DNA from: an uncultured delta proteobacterium
Lineage (GTDB): Bacteria; Myxococcota; Myxococcia; Myxococcales; Myxococcaceae
DNA length: 64,000 bases
Direction of reading: 5' to 3'
NCBI GenBank assembly: GCA_963771175.1
Contig: CAVYSY010000006.1
Location: 32,001-96,000 of the forward strand
Below are positions 1 to 14,488 of the stretch, piece by piece (positions within the stretch are counted from its first letter, which is position 1; the number at the start of each line of letters is the position of its first letter). A program made the translations under genes and the position numbers. Under the pieces are notes generated by a model. It made no database searches. It was given only the letters and a program-made list of their open reading frames with translations, and was not told the DNA's origin.

Positions 1-371
1 ACCGAGTCAATCAGGGTGATTTGATTGAGGAAGTAGTTGGTGTCCGTCATCAGGTAGAAGCGCCCCGTCGGCACCACCTTCGGCTCGTGGGTGTGATCCA
101 GGGACGCGGGGTTGTCGCACTCGGCCGGGTAGCCGGGGATGGGCGAGTCGCCCCTGGCCACCGGCTGGCCATTGGCCAGGATCGCGCACCCGTCGAACAT
201 CTGCAGGCCGAGCTTGATGGCACCCGACGCCGAGGCCGCGTACGGATCGAACGACTTGGACCCGCGGCCCACGGCATCCTCCGGATCCTCGGTCTTCAAC
301 AGCTCACAGGCTGGCAGTCCCAACAGCAGAAGACCGTACACCGCGCTTCTCAACAGCATGGAAGCATTCAT
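1..371 (-). CDS. Putative lipoprotein, partial (runs off the left edge)
   Basis: Manual translation MNASMLLRSAVYGLLLLGLPAC-ELLKTEDP... stays open to position 1 and has a lipobox-like LPAC. Confidence 0.65.
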   Translation of the reverse strand, partial: MNASMLLRSAVYGLLLLGLPACELLKTEDPEDAVGRGSKSFDPYAASASGAIKLGLQMFDGCAILANGQPVARGDSPIPGYPAECDNPASLDHTHEPKVVPTGRFYLMTDTNYFLNQITLIDS

Positions 372-472
372 TCGGTAGGGGGGGCGAGGGGGAGTGAGGT
401 GGACGGAAAGTGCCGCGGGAGCTCAACGAACCGGCGGGCGCTCACGAGCACCCGCCGGCTCGGGCCGGAGGC

Positions 473-1414
473 TCAAGGGTTGGACTGAGCGACCTGCACC
501 TTGGAGGGAAGCGCGGGCTTGGACTTGATGTACTCGTAGAGCGCCTCCAGGTCCTCTGGCTGCAAGCCCCGGAAGCGAGGCATGGGGGCGCGCAGCACGC
601 CGGCGCCGTTGGGGCGCAGGCCGTTCTGCAGCGCCACCGTGAAGTCCTGCAGGGACCACTTGCCAATCCCGCTGTCGTGGAAGGTGATGTTGGGGGCGAT
701 GACCGTCGCGCCGGACGGATCCTGGAACTCGAACCCGCCGGAGAAGGCCTCGGGCCCCTCGCCCTTGGCCATGTCGAAGCCCGGCGTGTGGCAGCCCGCG
801 CAGTCGAAGACGTCGTGCGCCAGGTAGCGGCCATAGGCCAGCTTGTCCGTCTTCGGCGGCACCGCGATACCGGAGGCCGGCCGCTCCGGAACCGACAGGG
901 CGCCCGCGAGCGTGAGGAGGACCTTGCCCGGGAAGGAGAGCTCGGTGCGCGGCATCTGCTTCGGATCCGGCGCGAAGAGCGGATCCCCCGAGCGGATGAA
1001 GCCGATCACCGCCGCGATGTCCGCGTCCGCCATCGCGGTGCCGGACATCACCGTCATGCGGTTGTCGTGGCTCACCCCGTACCGGATGATGCGCGCGATG
1101 TCCTCATCCTTCAGCGCGCCAATCCCCGCCGTCGGATGCAGGGTGATGTTGGCCGCCTGGAAGGTCCCCAGGAAGGCCGGGACCTCCATCATCTGGTTGC
1201 CGGAGACCCGCTCGGCGCCGGGCGCCCGGTGGCAGCCCTCGCACATGGAGTGAAAGATGGCGCCGCCTCGCGCCACCGCCTCCGGAGAGGTGTCGGCCTT
1301 GATGGGCGGAGTCGGCGCCGTCACCGGACGCCCCGCCCGGGCCGCGATCACCGCCATCGCGCCCAGCAACAGCACAGGAATCGCCAGCACCACGTACAGC
1401 AGCTTCTTCTTCAC
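473..1414 (-). CDS. Membrane-anchored diheme c-type cytochrome
   Basis: N-terminal TM segment, two CxxCH motifs (CEGCH, CAGCH), NIT and MP motifs. Confidence 0.9.
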   Translation of the reverse strand: MKKKLLYVVLAIPVLLLGAMAVIAARAGRPVTAPTPPIKADTSPEAVARGGAIFHSMCEGCHRAPGAERVSGNQMMEVPAFLGTFQAANITLHPTAGIGALKDEDIARIIRYGVSHDNRMTVMSGTAMADADIAAVIGFIRSGDPLFAPDPKQMPRTELSFPGKVLLTLAGALSVPERPASGIAVPPKTDKLAYGRYLAHDVFDCAGCHTPGFDMAKGEGPEAFSGGFEFQDPSGATVIAPNITFHDSGIGKWSLQDFTVALQNGLRPNGAGVLRAPMPRFRGLQPEDLEALYEYIKSKPALPSKVQVAQSNP

Positions 1415-1510
1415 CTTGGCCTACCTCCCACGCGGAACAGCCCATGGACAATGCCCTGGATGACAGCACAGTCCGAGGCATACCTCCAAAATCCTCTAGC
1501 CTCGACTTCC

Positions 1511-1575
1511 ATGAAATATCTACAATCAGAGCGAATTCGTTCAATCAGATATAGTACGGATGTCAAATTATCATA
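1511..1575. promoter_or_regulatory. AT-rich divergent promoter region with repeats
   Basis: CAATCAGA direct repeat at 1523 and 1542; ATATCT/AGATAT inverted repeat at 1516/1547; CGAATTCG between them. Confidence 0.45.
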
Positions 1576-1636
1576 AAGTGAGAGCCCGCGGGGCGGTGCT
1601 CATGCCGAAAGCCCCCGCCCTCATGGAGGAGCACCC

Positions 1637-2545
1637 ATGGAGACCGCGCTTGTCGCACCCCATCCCCTGAAGCTCTGGGTGCTGGCCATCCGTCCCAAGA
1701 CGCTCGTGGCGGGGCTCATCCCCGTGTTGTTGGGAGACGCCCTGGCGGCGCGGGAGGCCCAGCACTCCTTCTCGAAACTGCTGGCGCCTCTCGCCTGGAC
1801 CCTGCTCATCCAGATCGCCTGCAACCTCAACAATGACTACTACGACTTCAAGCGTGGCGCTGATACCGCCGAGCGACTGGGGCCGGTCCGGGTGACCCAG
1901 AGCGGCCTGATGACCCCGGAGATGGTCCTCATGGGCACCCTGGCCTTCTTCGGGGCGGCCATCCTGGTCGGCCTGCACCTGACGAGTCAGCTCGGCCTGC
2001 CCGCCCTGGGGCTGGTGGGGGTCTCGGTGCTCACCGCCCACGCCTACACCGGCGGCCCGTTCCCGCTCGGGTACAACGGACTGGGAGACGTGGCGGTCTT
2101 CATCTTCTTCGGGCTCGTCCCCGTGGCATTGACCTATTACGTCGAGACGCTGCGACTCACACCCCTGGTGTGGGCGATCGCGCTCGTCCCGGGCTTCCTG
2201 GGCATGGCGATCCTCGCGGTCAACAACGTGCGCGACGCGGCGACCGATGCGCGCGCGGGCAAGCGCACCCTGGTGGTGCTGCTGGGCACCCGCTTCGGCC
2301 GGGCTCAGTACGCGACGGTCCTCATCCTGGCGGTCCTCGTGCCGGTGGCCCTGTGGCTGAGCGGTCAGGTGGGGCCCACCATCCTCCTGACCCTGCTCGC
2401 CCTGCCCCTGGCCCGCGTGCCGCTGACGCGGATGCTGCGCGACTCCGGCGCCGTCCTCAACGAGGCGCTGGCCGAGACGGCCCGTTTCGAGCTCGTCTTC
2501 GGCCTGCTCATGACGCTCGGGCTCTGGCTGGACTCCCGCGTCTAG
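1637..2545 (+). CDS. menA: UbiA-superfamily prenyltransferase, MenA (DHNA octaprenyltransferase)-like
   Basis: RPKTL, NDYYDFKRGAD and NNVRDAATDARAGKRTL motifs; multiple TM helices; GGAGGAG RBS. Confidence 0.88.
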   Translation: METALVAPHPLKLWVLAIRPKTLVAGLIPVLLGDALAAREAQHSFSKLLAPLAWTLLIQIACNLNNDYYDFKRGADTAERLGPVRVTQSGLMTPEMVLMGTLAFFGAAILVGLHLTSQLGLPALGLVGVSVLTAHAYTGGPFPLGYNGLGDVAVFIFFGLVPVALTYYVETLRLTPLVWAIALVPGFLGMAILAVNNVRDAATDARAGKRTLVVLLGTRFGRAQYATVLILAVLVPVALWLSGQVGPTILLTLLALPLARVPLTRMLRDSGAVLNEALAETARFELVFGLLMTLGLWLDSRV

Positions 2546-2578
2546 CATCCTTCCCTCCGACCCACTCCGACAGACACC

Positions 2579-7162
<4,584 letters not shown>

Positions 7163-7189
7163 GCCCCCTCCCCTGCCATCCCCCCCCCC

Positions 7190-8208
7190 ATGTCCGGCAT
7201 CCAAGAACCCATCGCCATCGCCGCGCCCGCCAAGGGCTCGTGGCACACCCTCAACTCACCGCTCTGGCCCCACTCGCGCCTCGAGCTCACCACCCCCCTG
7301 CACCTGTTGCTCATGGTCGTCAGCCTGGTGCTGGGCATCCTCTGCTACGCCCACGGCTACACCTTCGATGGCGGCACGCTCGTCTACCTGACGCTGATCG
7401 TCATCTTCTCCCGCCCCTACTACACGCGGGCCTACAAGGGGTGGGCCTTCTTCCTCATCCTGCTGGCGCTCATCCCGGTGGCCAACGTCATCCAGAACAA
7501 GATCATGGAGGCGGGCCAGCTGGCGCACCCGCAGCAGGCCAACTACCTGCTGGGGCGTGTCACCGCCGAGGGGGACGGACCCTTCAAGTGGACGCGCTTC
7601 ATCTACACCGGTCAGGAGCTGCCCTCGCTGGACGGCTCGGTGGACCACCTGCTGCTCAGCTACATGTTCTCCACGTGCTTCATGATGTTCCTGCACGTGC
7701 TGCCGGAGCGCTTCAAGCGGCCCCGCCGCGCCAGCCAGGTGGCCTTCTACGTCTTCTTCGTCGCCTTCACCGGGCTCTTCGCCGTGCTCCCGCTCGTCTT
7801 CCCCAACCAGGCCGGCAACAAGGTGGACTGGCTGTGGCTGATGACGTCGATGAGCTTCGTCTACACGTGGCTCGCGCTGGCCCTCAGCAAGTCCTACCGG
7901 GCGCTGGTGAAGACGCCCGCGATGCTGCTGTGGATGGTGCTCATGGGGCTGATCCTCTCGCCCTCGTTCGAGACGCTCCACTCGTGCATCAACCACGACT
8001 ACTGGTACCGGGCGGAGGCGAACATGACGACGATGTACATGTGCAACGGCGTGGCCATCACGGTGAACGCGCCGTTCTACCACATGGGTTACGCCGTCGT
8101 GTTCCCGGCCTTCCTCGGCCTGTTCATGGACTACCTGCGCAAGCTGGCGGTGAGGGACTCGGCGTTCATCTACACCGCCGAGCTCGGCGAGAGGAGGCGG
8201 CGCGATGA
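7190..8208 (+). CDS. Polytopic membrane protein of unknown function within the BGC (probable indel near 8190; the ORF as sequenced runs to 8407)
   Basis: About 8 hydrophobic segments; GAGGAGG followed by an ATGA overlap at 8205-8208 suggests the true stop. Confidence 0.75.
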
Positions 8209-9621
8209 GCGAGGACTCCTCTCCCGCCACGGCGCCGGGGACAGCAGGCCCCCGGCCCGAGCAGCTGGCGGATGTTCCACCTCTTCTCCGAGTTCGCCAG
8301 CGACGGGCTGGGCACGCTGCACCGGATGTTCTCCCGCCATGGAGACGTCGTGCGCTGGCCCATGCCCCATGACGAGGTGCACGTCGTCTACCACCCCGAG
8401 GGCGTGAAGCACCTGCTGCAGGACAACTACCGCAACTACGTCAAGGGGCCCGCCTACGTCGCCATGAAGCCCATCGTGGGCGAGGGGCTGCTGCTGAGCG
8501 AGGGCGACAAGTGGCTGCGACTGCGCCGGCTCACCCAGCCCCCCTTCCACCGCCACAAGCTGAGCGGCTTCGTGGACACGATGGTGCACTTCGCCCAGGC
8601 CACCTTCGACAAGTGGGCGGAGCCGGTGCGGCGCGGGCAGCTCATCGACGCCGAGAAGGAGATGGTGGAGCTCACCCTGGGCATCGTGGGCGCCACCCTC
8701 TTCAGCGCGCACCTGTCCGGTCAGGCCACGCACGTGGGCGAGGCGGTGACGGACATGTTCGAGGTGCTCGAGCGGCGCGTGAACTCGCTGCTCCCGGTGC
8801 CCCTGTCCCTCCCCACCCCGGCCAACCGCCGCTTCCTCCGCGCCAAGAAGGCGCTCGATGAGGTGGTGGACGCCGTCATCGAGCGCAAGCGACGCACCGG
8901 CCCGGAGACGGAAAACGACATGCTCAGCATGTTGATGCAGGTCCGGGACCAGGACACCGGCGAGGGCATGAGCGACTCCCAGCTCCACGACTCGGTGATG
9001 ACGATGATCATCGGCGGGCACGAGACCACCGCCAACACGCTCGCCTGGACGTGGTACCTGCTCACGCAGAATCCGGACGTGGAGCAGCGGCTGTTCGAGG
9101 AGCTGGACCAGGTGCTCGGCGGCCGGGCTCCGACGCTCGAGGAGCTGCCGAAGCTGCAGTACCTCAACCGCGTGCTGGACGAGGTGCTGCGGCTCTATCC
9201 CCCCGCGTGGATGCTCGCCCGCCGGGCGCTGCGGGAGGACGTCATCTCCGGCTACCGCATCCCCGCTGGCAGCCTCGTCTACTTCTCGCCGTACATGGTG
9301 CACCGCCACCCGACCCACTGGCCGGACCCGGAGCGGTTCGACCCGGACCGGTTCCTCCCGGAGCACAACGAGAACCGCGCCCGCTTCGCCTACTTCCCCT
9401 TCGGCGGAGGACCGCGCCAGTGCATCGGCGGCAGCTTCGCGATGATGGAGATTCAAATCGTCCTGGCGATGGGCCTGCAGCGCTACCGGCCCCGGCTCGC
9501 CCCGGGCCACCAGGTGAGCCCCAAGCTGATGATCACCCTGCGCCCACGCGAAGGCGTCAAGCTGGTGCTCGAGCCGAGGGAGCGCGCCTCGACTCCGGGC
9601 AAGGTGTCAGACGACTCGTAG
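8205..9621 (+). CDS. Cytochrome P450 (in-frame ORF from 8272; RBS-supported ATG at 8205 is 1 nt out of frame)
   Basis: GGHETT I-helix, EVLR (ExxR), PERF and [10 protein letters not shown] heme motif. Confidence 0.95.
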
Positions 9622-9657
9622 GGGGCGAGGTGTCGGAACGAGTCCTTTGACACCTTC
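9598..9657 (+). repeat. 60-bp palindromic element, copy 1
   Basis: Arms AAGGTGTCAGACGACTCGT / ACGAGTCCTTTGACACCTT; 55/60 identical to the reverse complement of 11140-11199. Confidence 0.9.
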
Positions 9658-9768
9658 CCGGCCTGGCCTTCCGTGAGGGCAGGCCCGTCTTCGTCGCATG
9701 ATGCCGGTGAAGGCCACGCACTCCGGGGAGCTTGACCCAGGGTGCTGCGCCACAGAAGGCTCCCCCGG

Positions 9769-11121
9769 ATGAGCGAAAAGGGAGTGGCACGGACCGGCGG
9801 CTTCGAGCCCGAGAGCTCGGAGCTGGCGGCGCTGCGCCTGCAGCTCGAGGGAGGACTGGAGGTGCTCGAGGCGTGCCTGGCGCGCTATCGCGAGCTGTCC
9901 GCCGCCCTCCAGGGCTGGCGCTGGAAGACGGAGCTGCGCCAGTCGCCAGCCCTGCTGCAGAACGCCCTTCGCGCGGAGTCCTCCGTGCACGAGGTGCTCG
10001 CCCGGCTCCAGCGCCGGGCCGGGCAGGAGCCGGACGGCCAGGGGCCCGCGAGCCGATTGGGGCGGAAAGTCGAAGAGGAGCGCACGGCGCTATCGAAGCT
10101 CATTGCCCGGCGGCTCTCCGTAGCCCTGGAAGGCTCGCTGGCCGAGCGGCTCGGACGGCTCGAGGCGGTGGCGCTCAAGCCGCTGCCACTTCCTCCTGGC
10201 GAAGGAGAGACCCTGCTGCTCGAGGGGGGCGCTCGCTGGCCACCCGTCCGCCACTTCGTTTATTGCTTCGTGTTGTGGCAGATCTCCTCGGTGGTGTTGC
10301 GGATCGCCGAGGCGTTGCAGAAGCTCTCCGTGCCGCAGGGGGGGGCGTGGGTGGCCGTGCCTCTGCTGCTGCTCTTCTACGTCTGGTTCTACGTGCGCTC
10401 CGGGCACTATTGGCTCACCTCGGAGCGGCTGCTCTGGAAGCCGCGCCTGGGCGAGCCCGTCGAGGTGAAGCTGTCCTCGCTGGGGGATGGCCAGGTCACC
10501 CTGGGCTCCTCCAGTACCGTCAAGGTGCGCGGGCGGAGCCGGGTGACGCTGCGCTACGTGCCGCAGGCCTGGAGGCTCGCCTCGCTCATCTCCATCTACC
10601 GCCGCCAGGCGTTCCGCGGCGTGGCCAGGAGGGAGCCGCCGCCCCTGATGGTCATCCTGGAGATGTACCGCACCCGTCCGGGCGAGACTCCCAATACGGA
10701 GAATGTCTCGGGTGGGCTCGCGGTGCTCCGGCCGGGTTTCGTCGTCTACTTCCCCCACGTCCTCTACTCGAAGCTCCTCGACACCCTCACCGGGCCCACG
10801 GAACCCTCACGCGCTCCAACGAAGCACTCACGCGACAAGGTGGACGTCCCCGACTCCCTGGTCCTCACGCAGCTCCAACTCCTGCCCGAGGAGCGGCTCG
10901 ACGCGCTCTTGCGCAAGGCCCACCTCGCCAACCCCAAGAGCGTCCTCTGGGAGTCGCGGGACCTGAAGTGGAACTTCGGGTCCTCGTCGGTGCTGGAGTT
11001 GGTGCGTGGCGATGAGGCCCTGTGGTCCTCGCTCCCCTCCTGGGCGGCATACCAGCACGTCGGGCGGGTCCTCCAGTCCTGGCGCGCGGCGTTCTTGGCA
11101 AACCCGCCCGGCTCGCGGTAG
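9769..11121 (+). CDS. Hypothetical membrane protein: helical N-terminus, 2 TM segments, possible bacterial PH-like domain(s)
   Basis: About 450-aa ORF; YWLTSERLLW follows the TM pair. Confidence 0.7.
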   Translation: MSEKGVARTGGFEPESSELAALRLQLEGGLEVLEACLARYRELSAALQGWRWKTELRQSPALLQNALRAESSVHEVLARLQRRAGQEPDGQGPASRLGRKVEEERTALSKLIARRLSVALEGSLAERLGRLEAVALKPLPLPPGEGETLLLEGGARWPPVRHFVYCFVLWQISSVVLRIAEALQKLSVPQGGAWVAVPLLLLFYVWFYVRSGHYWLTSERLLWKPRLGEPVEVKLSSLGDGQVTLGSSSTVKVRGRSRVTLRYVPQAWRLASLISIYRRQAFRGVARREPPPLMVILEMYRTRPGETPNTENVSGGLAVLRPGFVVYFPHVLYSKLLDTLTGPTEPSRAPTKHSRDKVDVPDSLVLTQLQLLPEERLDALLRKAHLANPKSVLWESRDLKWNFGSSSVLELVRGDEALWSSLPSWAAYQHVGRVLQSWRAAFLANPPGSR

Positions 11122-11136
11122 CGAGGCGGCATGCGC
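11086..11136 (+). repeat. 51-bp copy of the upstream region and first two codons of the aminotransferase gene (57284-57334, - strand)
   Basis: 47/51 identity by manual alignment. Confidence 0.9.
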
Positions 11137-11139
11137 TGA

Positions 11140-11199
11140 GAAGGTGTCAAAGGACTCGTTTCGACCTCTCGCCCCCTACGAGTCCTCTGACACCCTGCC
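11140..11199 (-). repeat. 60-bp palindromic element, copy 2 (inverted)
   Basis: 55/60 identical to copy 1. Confidence 0.9.
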
Positions 11200-11659
11200 T
11201 GCCGCTCGGGCCGACGCTCGGCTTTCAGCGCATCATGCTGGGCGTCTCTCGTCGAGGACCACCATCCGCAGAGGGACGCCCACGGGGGCTACAGAAGAGT
11301 CCATTCTCTTGGAGCGCCGTGTGCTCCCGGTGCCACCTTCCCAATCTCTCCACGGCGGGGGGACTCCGGGCGACACGTGGGACTGGGCGATGATTGTCAC
11401 CACGAGGCTCATGGTCCCGGAGGATGGAACGGAAGTGCGAGCGCGTGGTCGGCACGTCGACACCGTACAGCACGCAGTACCAGAGCCCCGTGAGCCTGGT
11501 GGTCTCCCTGAAGTGAGCACGAGTCCCTTGAGCCTGCCCAGCACTGGAGGCCGAGACCATGGGTCGGTCAACCGACATCCGCGTGACCCACGAAGCCAGG
11601 ATTCAAACGCCATGTCCGGGCCCCACCTTCATCCCGCTGTCTTGATGGAGGATCTGCCA

Positions 11660-12544
11660 ATGAGGAAGAGCTTCGACACGAAGAACCGTGAACAACTTCA
11701 GGGAGGCTGGCGGCTGGCCGCCATCGCCGCGCTCGCGCTCGCGGCCTGCGGCCCGAATCTCGAGCCTGAAGTGGCCAACGTGGCCGCCGTGACCGATGAA
11801 ACCCAGGAGGAATCTGGCGAGGTCAGCGCGACCAGGAATCAACATGAGGGGCTGGTGGTGGTGCTCACCGCGAGCGGCAACATCGCTGGAGCCGTAGACC
11901 AGTTCCGGGCGCTGCTGGGCGAACCGCTCAACGTCATCCCGGGGCAGCAGCCCTCCGGGCGCCGGGAGATCAACTGGGATGGTGTGCCGGCCGCGCTCAC
12001 CAACGTGGACACCTTCCCGGGAGACTTCTTCAACGCTGTCGATCCCGCCGCGCCCGCGGGCCGCAAGCGAGGAGCCGTGTTCACCACGTCAGCCACCGGC
12101 TTCCGGGTGAGCGACACGGACTTCGCCGATATCGATCCCAGCTACGGCGACGAGTTCAACGCCTTCAGCCTTCCTCGTACGTTCATGGTGGCCGGGGGCA
12201 ACACCCTGGACGTGACGTTCCGGGTGGCGGGCACGAACAAGCTCGCGCACGTCAAGGGCTTCGGCGTGGTGTTCTCGGACGTGGACCGCGTGGGCTCCGC
12301 GACGATCCAGCTCTTCGACAAGAAGGGCAAGAGCCTCGGCACCTTCGCCGCGCTGGCGCGCAGTGATGCCAGCGGCTTTTCGTTCCTGGGGGTGGTGTTC
12401 GATCGGACCGTGGTCGCCCGGGTCCGCATCAAGTCGGGAGACGCGGCGCTGAGCGCGGGCGTCAAGGACGTCAGCGCGGGCGGCACGGCGGACCTGGTGG
12501 TGATGGACGACTACCTCTACGGCGAGCCGAAGCGCATCCATTGA
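11660..12544 (+). CDS. Putative lipoprotein with GRREINWDG motif
   Basis: GGAGG RBS; LAAC lipobox; beta-rich body. Confidence 0.8.
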   Translation: MRKSFDTKNREQLQGGWRLAAIAALALAACGPNLEPEVANVAAVTDETQEESGEVSATRNQHEGLVVVLTASGNIAGAVDQFRALLGEPLNVIPGQQPSGRREINWDGVPAALTNVDTFPGDFFNAVDPAAPAGRKRGAVFTTSATGFRVSDTDFADIDPSYGDEFNAFSLPRTFMVAGGNTLDVTFRVAGTNKLAHVKGFGVVFSDVDRVGSATIQLFDKKGKSLGTFAALARSDASGFSFLGVVFDRTVVARVRIKSGDAALSAGVKDVSAGGTADLVVMDDYLYGEPKRIH

Positions 12545-12806
12545 CGCCGCACCGGGCTCGAAGGACGCCACCTGCTGCGTCCGCCGCCCGCGCCGAGTGC
12601 CCACGCCCATCCTCGAGCGCAGAGCCCGCGGGTCTCCCCGTGTCGGCATTCTCGTTCGCCACGTGCTGTGCCTCCGTGGATGCGCACGTCATGCCTGGAC
12701 AGGGGAGCGGATTTGACCCTACGCGTCAAGGCATCCGGTGGGCCCTGTTGGGTTACGGCGGCAAGCGGTGCGCTTGAGGGGGCTGCGCGGGGCGCGGGCG
12801 CCGGGC

Positions 12807-13361
12807 TCAGTCGAGCGCGGCGCTCACCTCGGGGCGGATGAGGCGCAGGGTGTCCAGGCGGCGGCGGGCATCGGCGACGGCCATGTGCCAGGCGGCGGCG
12901 AACAGCCCCATCGAGAGGCGGCTCCCCCACAGGACAGACCCGCCATGGCGGCCCAGCACCCACGAGCCAATCGTGGGCGCGAGGCAGGAGGACAGGGCCC
13001 ACATCATGTAATAGGCGCCCTGGTAGGTGCCGCGCTGATCGGGAGGCGCGAGATCCGCCACCACGGCCGAGCCCACGGGCGCCTGGGCGATCTCTCCCAG
13101 CGTCCACACCACCACCCCCAGCGTCGCCAGCGCGGGGTTGGCGCCGAGCGTGTGCAGCCCGAAGCCCAGCCCCGTCAGCGCCGAAGCCCAGGCGAGCGCC
13201 GAGGCGCGCCGCATGCGTCCCATCATCCGGCCGGCGAAGGGCTGCAGCAGCACCACGAGGACGCCGTTCACCGCGAGCACCGTGCCGAAGGTGGACGTGG
13301 ACATGCCGTGAGCCGTCAGGTCCAGCGGCAGCGTGACGTTGCTCTGGGAGGCGTAAGCCAC
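12807..13361 (-). pseudogene. C-terminal half of an MFS transporter (5' truncated)
   Basis: About 6 TM segments with MFS-like WTLGEI and LAPPDQRGTYQG; no N-terminal half upstream. Confidence 0.75.
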
Positions 13362-13489
13362 CAGCCCGGCTCATTGCCCGGGCGCTCCCCATCAGCGGCC
13401 CTCCTCGGCCCCTCTTCACCTGCCCGCCCCCTCAACAGTTCTCCCATCCGCCCTATGCATCGAGCGAGAGAATGCGCCAGAGTGGATGC

Positions 13490-14488
13490 ATGCCCAAATG
13501 CATGACCTGCGGGCGGAAGACCCCGCCCCTCTCTCTTGGCACCATGGTCCTGATGGGATTCTGCTCCGTGGATTGCCTGTTCGCCTACCCCTCCGCGCAG
13601 GAGATCTTCCGTGCGCTGCGCAGAGAGAAGGAGCTTCTCTTCTTTTTTCCCACCATCCCCGAGAAGGTGCTGACGCAAGGCAGACAAATGGGACAGGGCG
13701 GCACGAACAGCGTCTACCGGGTCACCGAGACGCCCCATCTTCTCATCAAGGACGCCGGCTCGGGAGGCAGGAATGACTCGCGCGAATACCGTGCTCTCCG
13801 GGAGATGGAGGCCATTGGCCTGAAGACGGTCGCCCGAGGATTGCACCGCAACGAGGGCACGCTGATGCTCGTCATGGACTTCATCAGCGGCGGGACGGAC
13901 AGCAAGAGCATCGTCGGGTACCAGCGCACGCTGTCGGACTACATGAAGGTCACGCTAAATATTCCGGCTCCCAATCCCGCGCTGACCCGGTTCGTGACGA
14001 AGAAGTCCATAGATCGATTGCTCTTCTGCTGGGCGCAGATGGTCCGGCACAAGAAAAGCTTTGGTGACTTCCAGTTCATGCTGGCTCCAGATGGAGACGT
14101 GTTCCTGAACGATCCAACGAACGTCGTGGACAAGGAGCCGAACAAGACCCTCCAGGAGATCATCCAGGCCTTCATCGACACCTGGGAGTACAAGACGTTT
14201 CAGGAGTACTTCGACATGACCTTCACCTGGCAGCAGTTCAAGGGCGCGAAGCTGGCACTCTGCGACGGGATCAAGAAGAGCTTCTTCAAGGCGTTCAGCC
14301 AGGCCAACAAGAGCAAGCAACTCAAGTACAAAGCACCGGCTTTCAAGATGCTCAGTCAGGACTTCCTGGCGCCTACCTTCTTCGCCAGCACCCTGTATGT
14401 CGTGGACGGCAATCCCGCGCTCGAGGGCTTCCACTGCATCCCCCTGGGTGATGGCACTTATGGCTATTACTCAGAGCGGTGGGATTGA
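13490..14488 (+). CDS. CxxC/FCSxxC zinc finger plus atypical minimal protein-kinase-like domain
   Basis: CMTC...FCSVDC; GQGGTNSVY, LLIK, EYRAL, GDFQF and LNDP; lower GC than the flanks. Confidence 0.7.
   Translation: MPKCMTCGRKTPPLSLGTMVLMGFCSVDCLFAYPSAQEIFRALRREKELLFFFPTIPEKVLTQGRQMGQGGTNSVYRVTETPHLLIKDAGSGGRNDSREYRALREMEAIGLKTVARGLHRNEGTLMLVMDFISGGTDSKSIVGYQRTLSDYMKVTLNIPAPNPALTRFVTKKSIDRLLFCWAQMVRHKKSFGDFQFMLAPDGDVFLNDPTNVVDKEPNKTLQEIIQAFIDTWEYKTFQEYFDMTFTWQQFKGAKLALCDGIKKSFFKAFSQANKSKQLKYKAPAFKMLSQDFLAPTFFASTLYVVDGNPALEGFHCIPLGDGTYGYYSERWD

Noticed and set aside
9660..9703. LAFREGRPVFVA* as the tail of an EamA ortholog (compare LARPEKPVAV at 57336)
   Set aside because: The similarity is too short and weak to support.
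9598..11199. Palindromes as integron attC sites or CRISPR repeats
   Set aside because: Only two copies, inverted, without RYYYAAC/GTTRRRY ends, spacers, an integrase or cas genes.
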